From Candidatus Spongiisociaceae bacterium (lineage in GTDB: Bacteria > Actinomycetota > Acidimicrobiia > Spongiisociales > Spongiisociaceae): a DNA stretch of 64,000 nucleotides. The stretch is taken from positions 96,001 to 160,000 of the forward strand of contig OZ241841.1 in NCBI GenBank assembly GCA_965202665.1. Reading direction: 5' to 3'. Numbering within the stretch: the first letter of the stretch is position 1; each line of letters opens with the position of its first letter. The notes below the pieces were generated by a model that made no database searches, was not told where the DNA came from, and worked only from the letters and a program-made list of their open reading frames with translations. Shown one piece after another: positions 47,207 through 57,603 of the stretch. Both the position numbers and the translations under genes were made by a program.

Positions 47207-50200
47207 CGTCTTTAGGTATTGACGAATCGGTGGTTCAGCAACAGGCTTTGGAACTGCTGGAGGGTCTGGGATGGGATATCGGGGGGGCTTTGCCTGGGCC
47301 GGACAGCCTCTATTCGGAGCGGAGCGGGTACGATCAGGTGGTGTTGGAAGGCCGGTTGCGACAGGCTATCGCCCGACTCAACCCGGACTTGCCGGCGGCG
47401 GCGCGAGAGGATGCCCTGCGCCGTGTAACCCGGCCGGAAGGGTCGTCTTTGGAACACCGTAACCGTCATTTTCATCAGATGTTGGTCAACGGCGTTACGG
47501 TGGAATACCGCTCCTCCGACGATGGCATTCGGGGGGCGCAGGCCCGAATCATCGACTTCGGCCGTCCGGAAAACAACGACTGGCTGGCGTTCTCCGAATT
47601 CATCGTCCGGGAAGGAAACCATCAGCGGCGGGCTGACATCGTCCTGTTCGTCAACGGCCTGCCGCTGGGCGTCGTCGAATTCAAAAATCCGTTGGACGAG
47701 GACGCCACCATCTGGACCGCTTGGAGCCAACTCCAAACCTACAAAAACGAACTTCCCGCCCTGTTCTCCATGAACGAGCTGTTGATCCTGTCCGACGGGC
47801 TGGAGGCGCGGGTGGGGACGCTCACCTCCGGGCGGGAATGGTTCAAACCGTGGCGCATCTTCCCCGACCCTGAATCCGATGACCGCTCCGGCCCATCGCA
47901 CGGGTTGCAACTGGAAACGATGTTCGACGGCGTCCTCCACCACGACCGGTTCCTGTCCCTGATACGCGATTTCATCGTCTTCGAAGGCCGGGAAGGCGAA
48001 CGCCCGGTCAAGAAAATGGCCGGATACCACCAGTTCCACGCGGTGCGGACGGCGGTGGAGGAAACCCGGCGGGCCGCCCTGATGCGGGACGCTCCCCCGC
48101 CCGAACCGGATCGGAAGCCGGGCGGCGAACCGGGCGACCGGCGCATCGGAGTGGTGTGGCACACCCAGGGAGCGGGCAAAAGCCTGACCATGCTCTTCTA
48201 CGCCGGGCGGATCATCCGCGAACCGGACATGGGCAACCCGACCATCGTCGTCCTGAGCGACCGCAACGACTTGGACGACCAGCTGTTCGGCGTCTTCGCC
48301 CGATGCCAAGAATTGCTCCGCCAGCCGCCCGCCCAAGCCGAAAGCCGAGCCGACCTGCGCCGCAAACTGGAGGTGGAAGCGGGCGGGGTGGTGTTCACCA
48401 CCATCCAGAAATTTTTCCCCGATGAGAAAGGCGACCGGCATCCGATCCTGTCGGAGCGGCGCAACATCGTGGTCATCGCCGACGAAGCCCACCGCAGCCA
48501 ATACGATTTCATCGACGGCTACGCCCGCCATATGCGCGACGCCCTCCCGCATGCTTCCTTCGTCGGCTTCACCGGAACGCCCGTCGAGAAACAGGACGCC
48601 AACACCCGGGCCGTGTTCGGCGACTACATCAGCATCTACGACATCAAACGTTCCGTGGACGACCGGGCCACCGTCCCAATTTTCTACGAAAGCCGCCTGG
48701 CCTGTCTGTCCCTGGATGAAGAACATAGGCCGGTCATCGACGAAACCTTTGAGGAGGTGACCGAAGGGGAGGAAACGGAACGGAAGGACAAACTGAAACA
48801 CAAGTGGGCGCAACTGGAGGCGGTGGTCGGGGCTGAAGAGCGGTTGCGGGCGGTGGCCGAAGACATCGTCGTCCATTTTGAGAACCGGCTGGAAGCCTTG
48901 GACGGCAAAGCGATGGTGGTGTGCATGAGCAGGCGCATCTGCGTCGACCTGTTCCGGGAAATCACGCGCCTCCGGCCCGACTGGGGCGATCCCGCCGACG
49001 ACCGGGGGCGGATAAAAATCGTGATGACCGGGGCCGCTTCCGACCCGGCCGACTGGCAACGGCACATCCGCAACAAAACCCGCCGGGAGGCTTTGGCCAA
49101 CCGTTTCCGAGACCCGGACGACCCGTTGCGGATGGTTCTGGTGCGGGATATGTGGCTGACCGGGTTCGACGCCCCCAGCTTGCACACCATGTATTTGGAC
49201 AAGCCGATGCGGGGGCACGGGCTGATGCAGGCCATCGCCCGGGTCAACCGGGTTTTTAAAGACAAACCGGGCGGGCTGGTCGTGGACTATCTGGGCATAG
49301 CGCATGAACTGAAAGAGGCGTTGGCCGTCTACTCCGACAGCGGCGGGCGGGGCGATGTGGCGCCGGACCAGAAACAGGCCCGGGATCTCCTGCAAGAAAA
49401 ATACGAGGTGTGCCTTGGGCTGTTCCACGGGTTCGACTGGTCGGGTTGGACTGAGGGGGGCAACATGGAGCGGTTGCGGATATTGCCGGCCGCTTTTGAG
49501 CACATCTTGGCGCAACCGGACGGCAAAGACCGGTTCGTGCGAGCGGTGCGGGAAACATCGCAGGCTTTCGCCCTGGCCGTGCCCCATCCTTACACGGCGG
49601 AAATACGGGACGACGTAGCGTTTTTCCAGGCGGTGCGGGCCAGCCTGATGAAACGCACCGCGAGCGAAGGCAAGCCGGAGGAAACCTTGGATCAGGCGGT
49701 GCGGCAAATACTGTCCCTGGCGGTGGTGTCGGAAGGCGTGATGGACGTGTTCGCCGCCGCTGGCTTGGACAAACCCGACATTTCGGTCCTCTCCGATGAG
49801 TTCCTAGCCGAAGTGCGGGACATGCCCCGCCGCCACCTGGCCGTGGAAGCGTTGCAACGTCTGCTGAGGGGGGAGGTGCGAAACCGGCGGGGCCGGAACG
49901 TGGTGCAAGGGGAAATGTTCTCGCAAATGTTGGAGGACGCCATCCGCCGCTACCAGAACCGTTCCATAGAAGCGGCGCAGGTGATCGAGGAACTGATCGA
50001 ACTAGCCCGGGAAATGCGGGCCGCCAACGAACGGGGCGAGCAACTGGGGCTGAGCGAAGAAGAGACGGCCTTCTACGACGCGTTGGAAACCAACGACAGC
50101 GCGGTGCAGGTGATGGGGGACGCGGTGCTGTGCCAAATAGCACGGGAACTGGTGGAAACGGTGCGCGCCAACGCCAAAATCGACTGGACCCGCCGGGAGG

Positions 50201-50334
50201 ATGTCCGCGCCCAACTGCGGGTGGCCGTCAAACGACTGCTCCGCAGACATGGCTACCCGCCTGACAAGCAGGAGAAGGCCACCAACACCGTAATCAAGCA
50301 AGCGGAAGCCCTAACCACCACCTGGCTCACCTAA
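47203..50334 (+). CDS. hsdR: Type I R-M restriction subunit
   Basis: [17 protein letters not shown] nuclease motif, [35 protein letters not shown]. Confidence 0.97.
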   Translation: MTSLGIDESVVQQQALELLEGLGWDIGGALPGPDSLYSERSGYDQVVLEGRLRQAIARLNPDLPAAAREDALRRVTRPEGSSLEHRNRHFHQMLVNGVTVEYRSSDDGIRGAQARIIDFGRPENNDWLAFSEFIVREGNHQRRADIVLFVNGLPLGVVEFKNPLDEDATIWTAWSQLQTYKNELPALFSMNELLILSDGLEARVGTLTSGREWFKPWRIFPDPESDDRSGPSHGLQLETMFDGVLHHDRFLSLIRDFIVFEGREGERPVKKMAGYHQFHAVRTAVEETRRAALMRDAPPPEPDRKPGGEPGDRRIGVVWHTQGAGKSLTMLFYAGRIIREPDMGNPTIVVLSDRNDLDDQLFGVFARCQELLRQPPAQAESRADLRRKLEVEAGGVVFTTIQKFFPDEKGDRHPILSERRNIVVIADEAHRSQYDFIDGYARHMRDALPHASFVGFTGTPVEKQDANTRAVFGDYISIYDIKRSVDDRATVPIFYESRLACLSLDEEHRPVIDETFEEVTEGEETERKDKLKHKWAQLEAVVGAEERLRAVAEDIVVHFENRLEALDGKAMVVCMSRRICVDLFREITRLRPDWGDPADDRGRIKIVMTGAASDPADWQRHIRNKTRREALANRFRDPDDPLRMVLVRDMWLTGFDAPSLHTMYLDKPMRGHGLMQAIARVNRVFKDKPGGLVVDYLGIAHELKEALAVYSDSGGRGDVAPDQKQARDLLQEKYEVCLGLFHGFDWSGWTEGGNMERLRILPAAFEHILAQPDGKDRFVRAVRETSQAFALAVPHPYTAEIRDDVAFFQAVRASLMKRTASEGKPEETLDQAVRQILSLAVVSEGVMDVFAAAGLDKPDISVLSDEFLAEVRDMPRRHLAVEALQRLLRGEVRNRRGRNVVQGEMFSQMLEDAIRRYQNRSIEAAQVIEELIELAREMRAANERGEQLGLSEEETAFYDALETNDSAVQVMGDAVLCQIARELVETVRANAKIDWTRREDVRAQLRVAVKRLLRRHGYPPDKQEKATNTVIKQAEALTTTWLT

Positions 50335-50391
50335 CCCCGCCCGTATGCTACACTATGCCTTCTAGGCTATACGCTTACCTAGAAAGGAAGA

Positions 50392-51012
50392 GTGCCAATG
50401 TTGCCTCCCAACCCGAATGAGATCTTTGGAACCAAAGATGTTATTCAGGAACTGAAAACGAAACTCATCAACGAGTTACGCAAGGTTCGCAATCCTGTCA
50501 GCTTCAACAGTGTTGATTCCTACGTAAAGGAGTTTTCAGTAGAGATTCCCGTCTTAAGGAAACATCAAACAAAGATTGGGGTTGATAAAGCATTCCCTGC
50601 TGGGGCTGAATATTTTAGTAGAAATTGTAGTCCATATACTATGATACCCGGAAAAGAGTTCATTCTCGTTATACCTTTTATAGGAGATGCTAGAGTGTTT
50701 TATCATATGCCTTCCTCCTGGCTTGTCTCTGGTCGACAAGAAGGAGATATAGAAAATAATAGATTGGTTATAAAGTTCGGGGTATTGACTTATGGGCTGG
50801 CAAATCCTAAAAAAGATATTCCAAATAATGTCAATAAACGGAGGCAAGATATTATAGATCGTATTGAAAGGTGGTACGAGTTAGTTAAAAAAGATTTTAT
50901 TAACTGGAACAACAACTTGAATAGTTTTGTTGAATCTCAGATTGTTGCGAGAAAGAAAGAAATTGAAATAGAGGCCGAAATAAATATAGCTATCAATAAT
51001 AGTTTAGATTGA
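50392..51012 (+). CDS. Hypothetical AT-rich protein downstream of hsdR
   Basis: 206-aa ORF with an AAAGGAAG RBS; beta-rich middle (IPFIGDARVF..PS) and coiled-coil C-terminus. Confidence 0.7.
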   Translation: MPMLPPNPNEIFGTKDVIQELKTKLINELRKVRNPVSFNSVDSYVKEFSVEIPVLRKHQTKIGVDKAFPAGAEYFSRNCSPYTMIPGKEFILVIPFIGDARVFYHMPSSWLVSGRQEGDIENNRLVIKFGVLTYGLANPKKDIPNNVNKRRQDIIDRIERWYELVKKDFINWNNNLNSFVESQIVARKKEIEIEAEINIAINNSLD

Positions 51013-51132
51013 GCATTGCCCCTAAATTGTTTTGTCGAGGCTCTCCCTGTTCGGCCCGGGGATAGCGTCAAGGTGACGGCGGAGATGCCAGCCGGGTGCT
51101 ACCGGGAAACTGATAGGCTGAAAAAAGGGAGG

Positions 51133-51354
51133 CTACCGAATAGCGGAGGTCAGGTTAATCTCCTCCTCGGTTACTTCGTGTAGAGAAACCGCGCTGGCGG
51201 GGTCCTCTATCCGAACTTCGAGCCTGTAACCCAGCGTCTGCGCCAACAGGTCTATCTTCACATCCGTTACTGTTGAGACTTCGTGCCCCGGGTGGTCTAT
51301 AAACCATTCCTTAGCAGCCCAGACGCGTTCGACCACCAATGTTTCTTCGGTCAT
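51133..51354 (-). CDS. Hypothetical protein
   Basis: 73-aa ORF; GGAGG RBS and ATGA coupling with the upstream ORF. Confidence 0.5.
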   Translation of the reverse strand: MTEETLVVERVWAAKEWFIDHPGHEVSTVTDVKIDLLAQTLGYRLEVRIEDPASAVSLHEVTEEEINLTSAIR

Positions 51355-51929
51355 TTGTCTGTCCCTCCTTCGTTGTTCTTATTCGCCTGTTGAATTTTGA
51401 GTTTGACAAGAGTCTTGATGTCCCTGATTAGATAATTGAGGGCGGGTTTGTTTCCCTCCACAAAAGGGTCTAACCCGGTCTTCTGATGGTAGGAAGTGCC
51501 TACTAGGCTCGTCGCCGACAAAATAAACGATGCCTCCTTTTTGAGCCATAGTCTCCGCCAGGAGATGTGGCAAGTGATTGGGGGAAGAAACCCGCGTTCG
51601 GTGTCGGCTGCCATGAATGCTGTGGTGATGTGGTAGGTGCGCTTTGTCTGGGAGGTGAAGATGGCAGGATGAGACTCTACATTCTCCTCCACGTATAATA
51701 CGTGAGCATCCCATCTTTCCCATTCCTCCGGGTTTGTTTTGGAGAATGAAACCCGAACATCTTTGCAGGGACGAAAACCCTCTTGGTGCACCCGGCAAAC
51801 CATCGCCGTCCCCTCAATCTCTAAAAAGGCAACCATGCGAGGGAGGCCTTTGCCGGACAGCCAGGCTACTCCAAGCGCGCCTCCCGCGCCGACCACGGCG
51901 GGAAGCAACAACTCTAATATCACCGCCAT
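51351..51929 (-). CDS. Hypothetical protein with an N-terminal membrane anchor
   Basis: 192 aa; AAGGAGG RBS; hydrophobic N-terminus then a beta-rich domain. Confidence 0.6.
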   Translation of the reverse strand: MAVILELLLPAVVGAGGALGVAWLSGKGLPRMVAFLEIEGTAMVCRVHQEGFRPCKDVRVSFSKTNPEEWERWDAHVLYVEENVESHPAIFTSQTKRTYHITTAFMAADTERGFLPPITCHISWRRLWLKKEASFILSATSLVGTSYHQKTGLDPFVEGNKPALNYLIRDIKTLVKLKIQQANKNNEGGTDK

Positions 51930-52206
51930 ATTAGCCTCCTTGTTTCGGGGACATTAGATTGCCGTTCGACTCCGGTCAGCATAGCGGTATTCCCTTTTGC
52001 CCGGTGTTTGGCGGGCTGGCCGACCGCATACGGGGTGCGGGGGAGCAGGGTGTTCCCCAACAGGCAGGAATGAAGCCCTGTGCTATCAGGGTCCGTTTCA
52101 TCGTTGCTTCCCCTCCTCGGCTCCCCCGCGGAGGAACATTGCGTGGGACACATCCTTTCATTTCCTCGCCACCGCCGCGGCGGACGCCAGGTCGGCGGCC
52201 AACCCA

Positions 52207-52661
52207 TAATGTGGGTGATGCTTTTTTGGTGGAAGTTGTTGAGGGCGCGGGCGGTGAACGCGGCGACGGTGGTTCCTTTCTCGTCCGGCAACGGTTCGGA
52301 GTAGGCAAGGCGGGTGTAGTCGTCCACTATAGAGTGCACAAAGGTCCATCCCGCTCCCCGGCGGGAGCGTTGCCCCGGCCGCGTATCTTCCATCCCCGCC
52401 GGGGGGGTATGGAAGCAAGATTCTTAACGTCCATATGCAGCAACTCCCCCATCCTGTCCCGTTCATACCGTATCACCCTCTCAGGGCGGGTTTTGAGAGG
52501 CTCGCCGGTCGAACGGGCCGCATCCCCAAAGACACGGCACCCCATGACGGCGGAGGATGCGGCTGATCGTCCGCTCCGGCACCCCCGTAAACACCGACAA
52601 CCGACCCGGCCCCGCCCACAACGCCCGCCGCACCCGCAACACCTGTTCCTCCACCGCCGGG
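52207..52661 (-). mobile_element. IS481-family transposase relic (frameshifted central fragment)
   Basis: RTISRILRRHG, RYERDRMGELLHMDVK, FVHSIVDDYTRLAYSE and FTARALNNF spread over different frames; no IS ends recognised. Confidence 0.85.
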
Positions 52662-52715
52662 CTGATGGTACGTATGGCACCCTGCCAGATTCCCAGTCGT
52701 TGGCGTGATTGGTGC

Positions 52716-52922
52716 CTAAAGATCAGATTCTTTGATCCCCGCCAATTTCATTATATGTCTCTGCAGACCTGGTTTCAGATCGCGATTTCCGTGTACGGGA
52801 ACAGATATGTTCACCTTCGTCTTCGGCTCATAATACACATAATGACTGCCTCTTATGTTTTTCAGGATGCAACCGTGCTCGTCGAGAACCTTGCACATCC
52901 TTTTTCCGCTTATGATTTTCAA
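52716..52922 (-). CDS. hicA: HicA-family mRNA interferase toxin
   Basis: IRGSHY, VPVHGNRDLKPG..RHIMKLAG. Confidence 0.92.
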   Translation of the reverse strand: MKIISGKRMCKVLDEHGCILKNIRGSHYVYYEPKTKVNISVPVHGNRDLKPGLQRHIMKLAGIKESDL

Positions 52923-53143
52923 ACTGCGACCTCCACTTTGCTACCTAGCCCAGGGGTGAACTCCGCGACCTGCTCTTGCTTGTCATCCATTTGGACAGCT
53001 ACGCTGAGTACCGCTATAATAGCTTCTTTTATGTTGTAAATCATTTCTTCCAGGGTGTCGCCTTGCGAGCAGCAACCGGGCAGATCGGGCACCTCCGCCC
53101 AGAACCCGCCGTCTTCCTCGTGTATGATGACGGTAAATTTCAT
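52919..53143 (-). CDS. hicB: HicB-family antitoxin (short form, hicBA order)
   Basis: FWAEVPDLPGCCSQGDTLEE...NIKEAI; ATGA overlap with hicA. Confidence 0.92.
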   Translation of the reverse strand: MKFTVIIHEEDGGFWAEVPDLPGCCSQGDTLEEMIYNIKEAIIAVLSVAVQMDDKQEQVAEFTPGLGSKVEVAV

Positions 53144-53203
53144 CCCTGTGCTTCCCTTTCCTTGGGTATTTCTCGACTATATTAGCATACGCGGAGGGTT
53201 GGG

Positions 53204-55906
53204 TTAGGCGGGGGCGGGGGTTTCTAGGTCTTCAGCCGTCATTAGGACTTCTCGGGCTTTGGAGCCTTCGGAGGGGCCCACTACGCCCTGTTGCTCAAGG
53301 ATGTCCATTACCCGTCCCGCACGGGCGAAGCCGATGCGCAGTTTGCGTTGCAACATGGACGTGGAGCCTAGTTGCGAGCGCACCACCAGCTCGGTGGCCT
53401 GCTTCACCAACGCCGCCTCTTCGTCGTCTATTTCTTCGGCGGCGGCGGCCGCGGCCTCCTCTTTGGCGGCCGTCACCTCCTCGGAAATCTTCTTGTAGTC
53501 CGCCTCCCGCTGTTCGGCCGACCACTTCACCACCGCCCGCACCTCGTCTTCCCCCACCCACGCCCCCTGCACCCGTTGCGGACGCGGCTCGCGGGCGGTA
53601 ACCAGCAGCATGTCCCCCATTCCCACCAGTTTGTCCGCCCCCACCGAATCGATGATCACCCGGGAGTCGGTCTGGGAAGCCACCGCAAAAGCCATACGGC
53701 TGGGCACGTTGGCTTTGATGACCCCGGTGATCACGTTCACCGACGGGCGCTGCGTGGCGATCACCAAATGAATCCCCACCGCCCGGGCCATCTGGGCGAT
53801 GCGGACGATGGCGCTCTCCACCTCCCGCCCGGCCACCATCATCAGATCGTTCAACTCGTCGATCAGCACCACCAGATAGGGGAACCGGTCAAACCCTTCC
53901 TCCGGCAACTCTTTTTTGTCGAACTTGTCCTGGTAGCCGATGATGTCCCGCACCCCCGCCTCGGCCAGCAGGTCGTAGCGCCGGTCCATCTCCGCCACCG
54001 CCCACTGCAAAGCCTCCACCGCCTTCTTCGGACTGGTTATCACCTTCGTCAGCAGATGGGGCACCCCGTTGTACTGCCCCAGCTCCACCCGCTTCGGATC
54101 CACCATTATCAGCCGCATGTCATCGGGGCGGGTGCGCACCAGCAACGACGTGACAATGGAATTGATGCAGGACGATTTGCCCGCCCCGGTCGCCCCGGCG
54201 ATCAGCACATGGGGCAGCTCGGACAGGTTGGCCAGCACCGGCTTCCCCGAAATGTCCTCCCCCAGGCCGACCGTCAGCGGATGGGTGAGGGCCTTGGCTT
54301 CTTTGGAGGCCAGCACATCGCCCAAAGTGACCAGGCGGCGGTCCGGGTTGGGCACTTCCACCCCGATGGCCGACCGGCCGGGAATGGGGGCCAGCATCCG
54401 CACGTCCGGCGTGGCCATGGCGTAGGCGATGTCCCCGGACAGGTTGGTCACCCGCGACACTTTCACCCCCGGGGCCAACTCGATCTCATAGCGGGTGACG
54501 GTCGGGCCGGCCACCACGTTGGTCAGCCGGGCGTCCACCTGATGCTGGCGCAAAGTGTTCTCCAACTGCCGGGCGGTCTGTTCCAGCATATTGCGGTCCG
54601 GGCCCCCGCCCGACGCCCCCCGATTCAGCATTTTCAACGGAGGCAACCGGTACCCTTTGGAGGATTTGGCGACGGCGGGTTTGGGAGCGGGAGCAGCCTC
54701 GCCGCTAGTCTCACCCTTAACTTGACCGTTAGGCGAGGGGGGCTTTGGTGAGTTCGCCGCCGCTTGTGCGGCAACGGTAACTGCGGAATCCTGGGCCGGA
54801 GGGGCCTTGGCCTGTCCGTTGGCGGCGGGATGCCCGGCATGCCCGGCTTGATAACCTTGAAGCGGAGGTTGAGGGCGGGCCGCCTGGGGGGGATGCGCCC
54901 GGGCGGCCGGGGCCGGGGGACGCTGACGGTAACGGGCCGGGTTGGGACGCAGCCGCTGACGGAAGGCCTCCCGGCTTTGCCCCAAACGTTTGAACATGTA
55001 GGAGGTCAACTCCACCGCCGCCCTCACCACCTGTCCCAGGGAGGTGCGGCACACCACCAGCACCCCGGTCATCGTCAAAGCGGTGATCACCAAAAAAGCC
55101 CCCCAAAAGCCCATCAGGCGGTGCAGCGGGAAAGCGAGCAAGGCCCCGAGGGCCCCGCCCCTTTCCCGCACCGCCTCTATGTTCCCCGCTAAAGCCACGT
55201 TGCCGGTCATTAGATGAAAGAGCGCCAACGAGCCGACCAAAGTCAACAGCACGCCGAAAAATACCCGGCGATACTGATCTCGAAAGCGCCCCAGCAGCAA
55301 CACGACTCCCAAACCGACTAAAACGGCCGGGGAGACATATACCCAAACACCCGCCAGGAAGCGGAATGTAGACAACATCCATGCGCCCAAAGGGCCCGCC
55401 TTCCCCCAAAACGACAGAAAAGCCAGCAGGCCGGATACTATCAAGGCCAGGCTCATCACGTCCCGGGGTTGGCGGACTAAACCAAAGCGAATACGGTCCC
55501 GCATCGCCCGCCACAAGGAGGGGCGGGCATCCCGGGCCGAAGCGGCCCCGCCGGAGCGGGAAGTTTCCGACCGGTTGCGGGAAGGGGAAGAGGGGGAATC
55601 TTTACGGGAACCGGTCGAACGGGCAGCGGCGCGGCCGGGGGCCGCTCCGCTGCGGGATGCGGACGACCGGGCGGAGGGGTTGCGGGAAGCAGAGGAACGA
55701 GCGGAAGCGGCGCGGTTGCGGGAAGCCTTAGAACTAGCGGAACTGCGGGAACGGGAAGAAGCGGCCGTACGCGACCGGCCCGCGCCGGACGGCGGAGAAC
55801 GCCGCGCGGCGGTTTTGGCGCCCGCCCGGGCGCCCGGTTTTTTAGCAGTTGTCTGGGACACCCGTCTCCGCCCCGCGCCCTTACGGGTAGGTGTCGTCTT
55901 GGGCAT
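53204..55906 (-). CDS. ftsK: DNA translocase FtsK
   Basis: N-terminal TMs, GATGAGKS, DPKRVEL, ATQRPS, gamma domain (STSMLQRKLRIGFARAGR). Confidence 0.97.
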   Translation of the reverse strand: MPKTTPTRKGAGRRRVSQTTAKKPGARAGAKTAARRSPPSGAGRSRTAASSRSRSSASSKASRNRAASARSSASRNPSARSSASRSGAAPGRAAARSTGSRKDSPSSPSRNRSETSRSGGAASARDARPSLWRAMRDRIRFGLVRQPRDVMSLALIVSGLLAFLSFWGKAGPLGAWMLSTFRFLAGVWVYVSPAVLVGLGVVLLLGRFRDQYRRVFFGVLLTLVGSLALFHLMTGNVALAGNIEAVRERGGALGALLAFPLHRLMGFWGAFLVITALTMTGVLVVCRTSLGQVVRAAVELTSYMFKRLGQSREAFRQRLRPNPARYRQRPPAPAARAHPPQAARPQPPLQGYQAGHAGHPAANGQAKAPPAQDSAVTVAAQAAANSPKPPSPNGQVKGETSGEAAPAPKPAVAKSSKGYRLPPLKMLNRGASGGGPDRNMLEQTARQLENTLRQHQVDARLTNVVAGPTVTRYEIELAPGVKVSRVTNLSGDIAYAMATPDVRMLAPIPGRSAIGVEVPNPDRRLVTLGDVLASKEAKALTHPLTVGLGEDISGKPVLANLSELPHVLIAGATGAGKSSCINSIVTSLLVRTRPDDMRLIMVDPKRVELGQYNGVPHLLTKVITSPKKAVEALQWAVAEMDRRYDLLAEAGVRDIIGYQDKFDKKELPEEGFDRFPYLVVLIDELNDLMMVAGREVESAIVRIAQMARAVGIHLVIATQRPSVNVITGVIKANVPSRMAFAVASQTDSRVIIDSVGADKLVGMGDMLLVTAREPRPQRVQGAWVGEDEVRAVVKWSAEQREADYKKISEEVTAAKEEAAAAAAEEIDDEEAALVKQATELVVRSQLGSTSMLQRKLRIGFARAGRVMDILEQQGVVGPSEGSKAREVLMTAEDLETPAPA

Positions 55907-55959
55907 GCGCGGGCCAGTATAACACCTGCTTGGGACAACGCAAAGCATTATCCCGGGGA

Positions 55960-57603
55960 TTACACCTCCTGCGCTACGGCCACCACCTCCGGGCGGCGCC
56001 CGGTTTCCGACTTGATCGCCTTGCGCACCGCCCTTTTCACGGCCGCCTCCAAACCCTCCGGCCCCCCCTCCGCGTAATCGTCGGCGAAGGCGTCCGCCGC
56101 CGCCGCGGCCGCCTCAGAGGCCAGCGCCAGCACCGCCCCGTCCTCGTCGGCGAACCCGCGGCTGACCAAGCGCGGCCTGCCCGCCAACCGGCCGGTGTCG
56201 TAATCCACCGCCACCGCCGCCACCACCGCCCCATCGTCGCTCAGCCGCCCCCGCTCGGCCAGCAACTCCTCCCGCACGTCCCCCACCCCGGAGCCGTCCA
56301 CGTACACCAGGCCGGCGTCCAAAGTCCCCCGTTCCGCCACGGTGCGGTCGCCGTCGATCACCACCGCGTCCCCGTCCTCCAACACCAGCACCTCCGGCGT
56401 CCCCATCGCCTCCCCCAGCCCGGCGTGGGCCCGCAGATGCCGGAACTCCCCGTGCACCGGCACCAACGTTTGCGGGCGAACCACGTTCAGCAAAATCTTC
56501 AACTCTTCGGCCGCGGCGTGCCCGGACACATGCACATGGGCGTTGCGTCCGTGGAAAACCCGCGCCCCTCTCCGCATCAGGTCGGAGATGACCCGGGAAG
56601 TGGAGGTTTCGTTGCCGGGAATGGGGGTGGCGGAGATGATCACGGTGTCGGTCGGGTCGATGTCCACCCAGCGGTGGCGGCCGGCGGCCATCTTCGTCAA
56701 AGCGGAAAAAGGCTCCCCCTGGGAACCGGTGGTGACGATCAGCGCCCGGTGCGGGGGCAGTTCCAACGCTTCGTCCACCGCAACCACCCTGCCTTCGGGC
56801 AGATCCAGCGCCCCCAGCTCCCCGGCGATGCGCACGTTGCGCTCCATGGACCTCCCCAGAAAAGCCAGATAACGGTCGTCTTCCAAACCGGCGTCGGCGA
56901 TTTGCTGCACGCGATGCAGGTGGCTGGCGAAACAGGTGGCGATCACCCGCCCCGGGGCCTCCCGGATGAGGCTCCGCATGGAAGCCGCCAGCGTCCGCTC
57001 CGAAGGAACCACCCCTTCCCGTTCGGCGTTGGTGGAGTCGGACAGGAGCAACCGCACCCCCATCTCCCCCAGCCGGGCGAAGGCGGGCAGGTCGGTGGGG
57101 CGGGAGTCGATGGGGGTGGGATCCAGTTTGAAATCCCCGGTGTGCACCACCAGCCCCTCCGGCGTGTCGAAAGCCACCCCGCACCCTTCCGGCACCGAAT
57201 GGGAAACCGGGATCATCATAAACCGAAACGGGCCCTCCTCCACCCAGTCCCCGGCGGGGGTCACCCGGAAATCCTTCGGCGCCCCCAGCTCCTCCACCCG
57301 CCCGGCGGCGATGGCCAGGGCCAGTTCCGTTCCGTAGACCGGCACGTTGCATTCCCGCAGAAAATACCCCAGCCCGCCCATGTGGTCTTCGTGGGCGTGG
57401 GTGAGGATGACGCACCGCACGTCGTCGCCCCGTTGCTCCAGCAGCCCCCGCCAGTCGGGCAACACCAAATCCACCCCCCACATGTCCTCTTCGGGAAACA
57501 TCAGGCCGCAGTCGATCATGGCGATGCGGCCTTCCACTTCCAAGAAGGCGCAGTTGCGCCCCACTTCGCCGAGGCCGCCCAGGAAACCGACCCGAATGCT
57601 CAC
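55960..57603 (-). CDS. rnj: Ribonuclease J
   Basis: GGLGEVGRN, THAHEDH, HTGDFK, TGSQGEP, HVSGH, PVHGE. Confidence 0.97.
   Translation of the reverse strand: MSIRVGFLGGLGEVGRNCAFLEVEGRIAMIDCGLMFPEEDMWGVDLVLPDWRGLLEQRGDDVRCVILTHAHEDHMGGLGYFLRECNVPVYGTELALAIAAGRVEELGAPKDFRVTPAGDWVEEGPFRFMMIPVSHSVPEGCGVAFDTPEGLVVHTGDFKLDPTPIDSRPTDLPAFARLGEMGVRLLLSDSTNAEREGVVPSERTLAASMRSLIREAPGRVIATCFASHLHRVQQIADAGLEDDRYLAFLGRSMERNVRIAGELGALDLPEGRVVAVDEALELPPHRALIVTTGSQGEPFSALTKMAAGRHRWVDIDPTDTVIISATPIPGNETSTSRVISDLMRRGARVFHGRNAHVHVSGHAAAEELKILLNVVRPQTLVPVHGEFRHLRAHAGLGEAMGTPEVLVLEDGDAVVIDGDRTVAERGTLDAGLVYVDGSGVGDVREELLAERGRLSDDGAVVAAVAVDYDTGRLAGRPRLVSRGFADEDGAVLALASEAAAAAADAFADDYAEGGPEGLEAAVKRAVRKAIKSETGRRPEVVAVAQEV

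Noticed and set aside
51964-51973. GTTCGACTCC resembling a tRNA T-loop or att remnant
   Set aside because: The flanks do not form a T-stem or acceptor stem, and I found no matching repeat at the island borders.
42430-53200. The R-M region as an integrative element or prophage
   Set aside because: No integrase, no terminal direct repeats that I could find, and no phage structural genes; better described as a variable hotspot.
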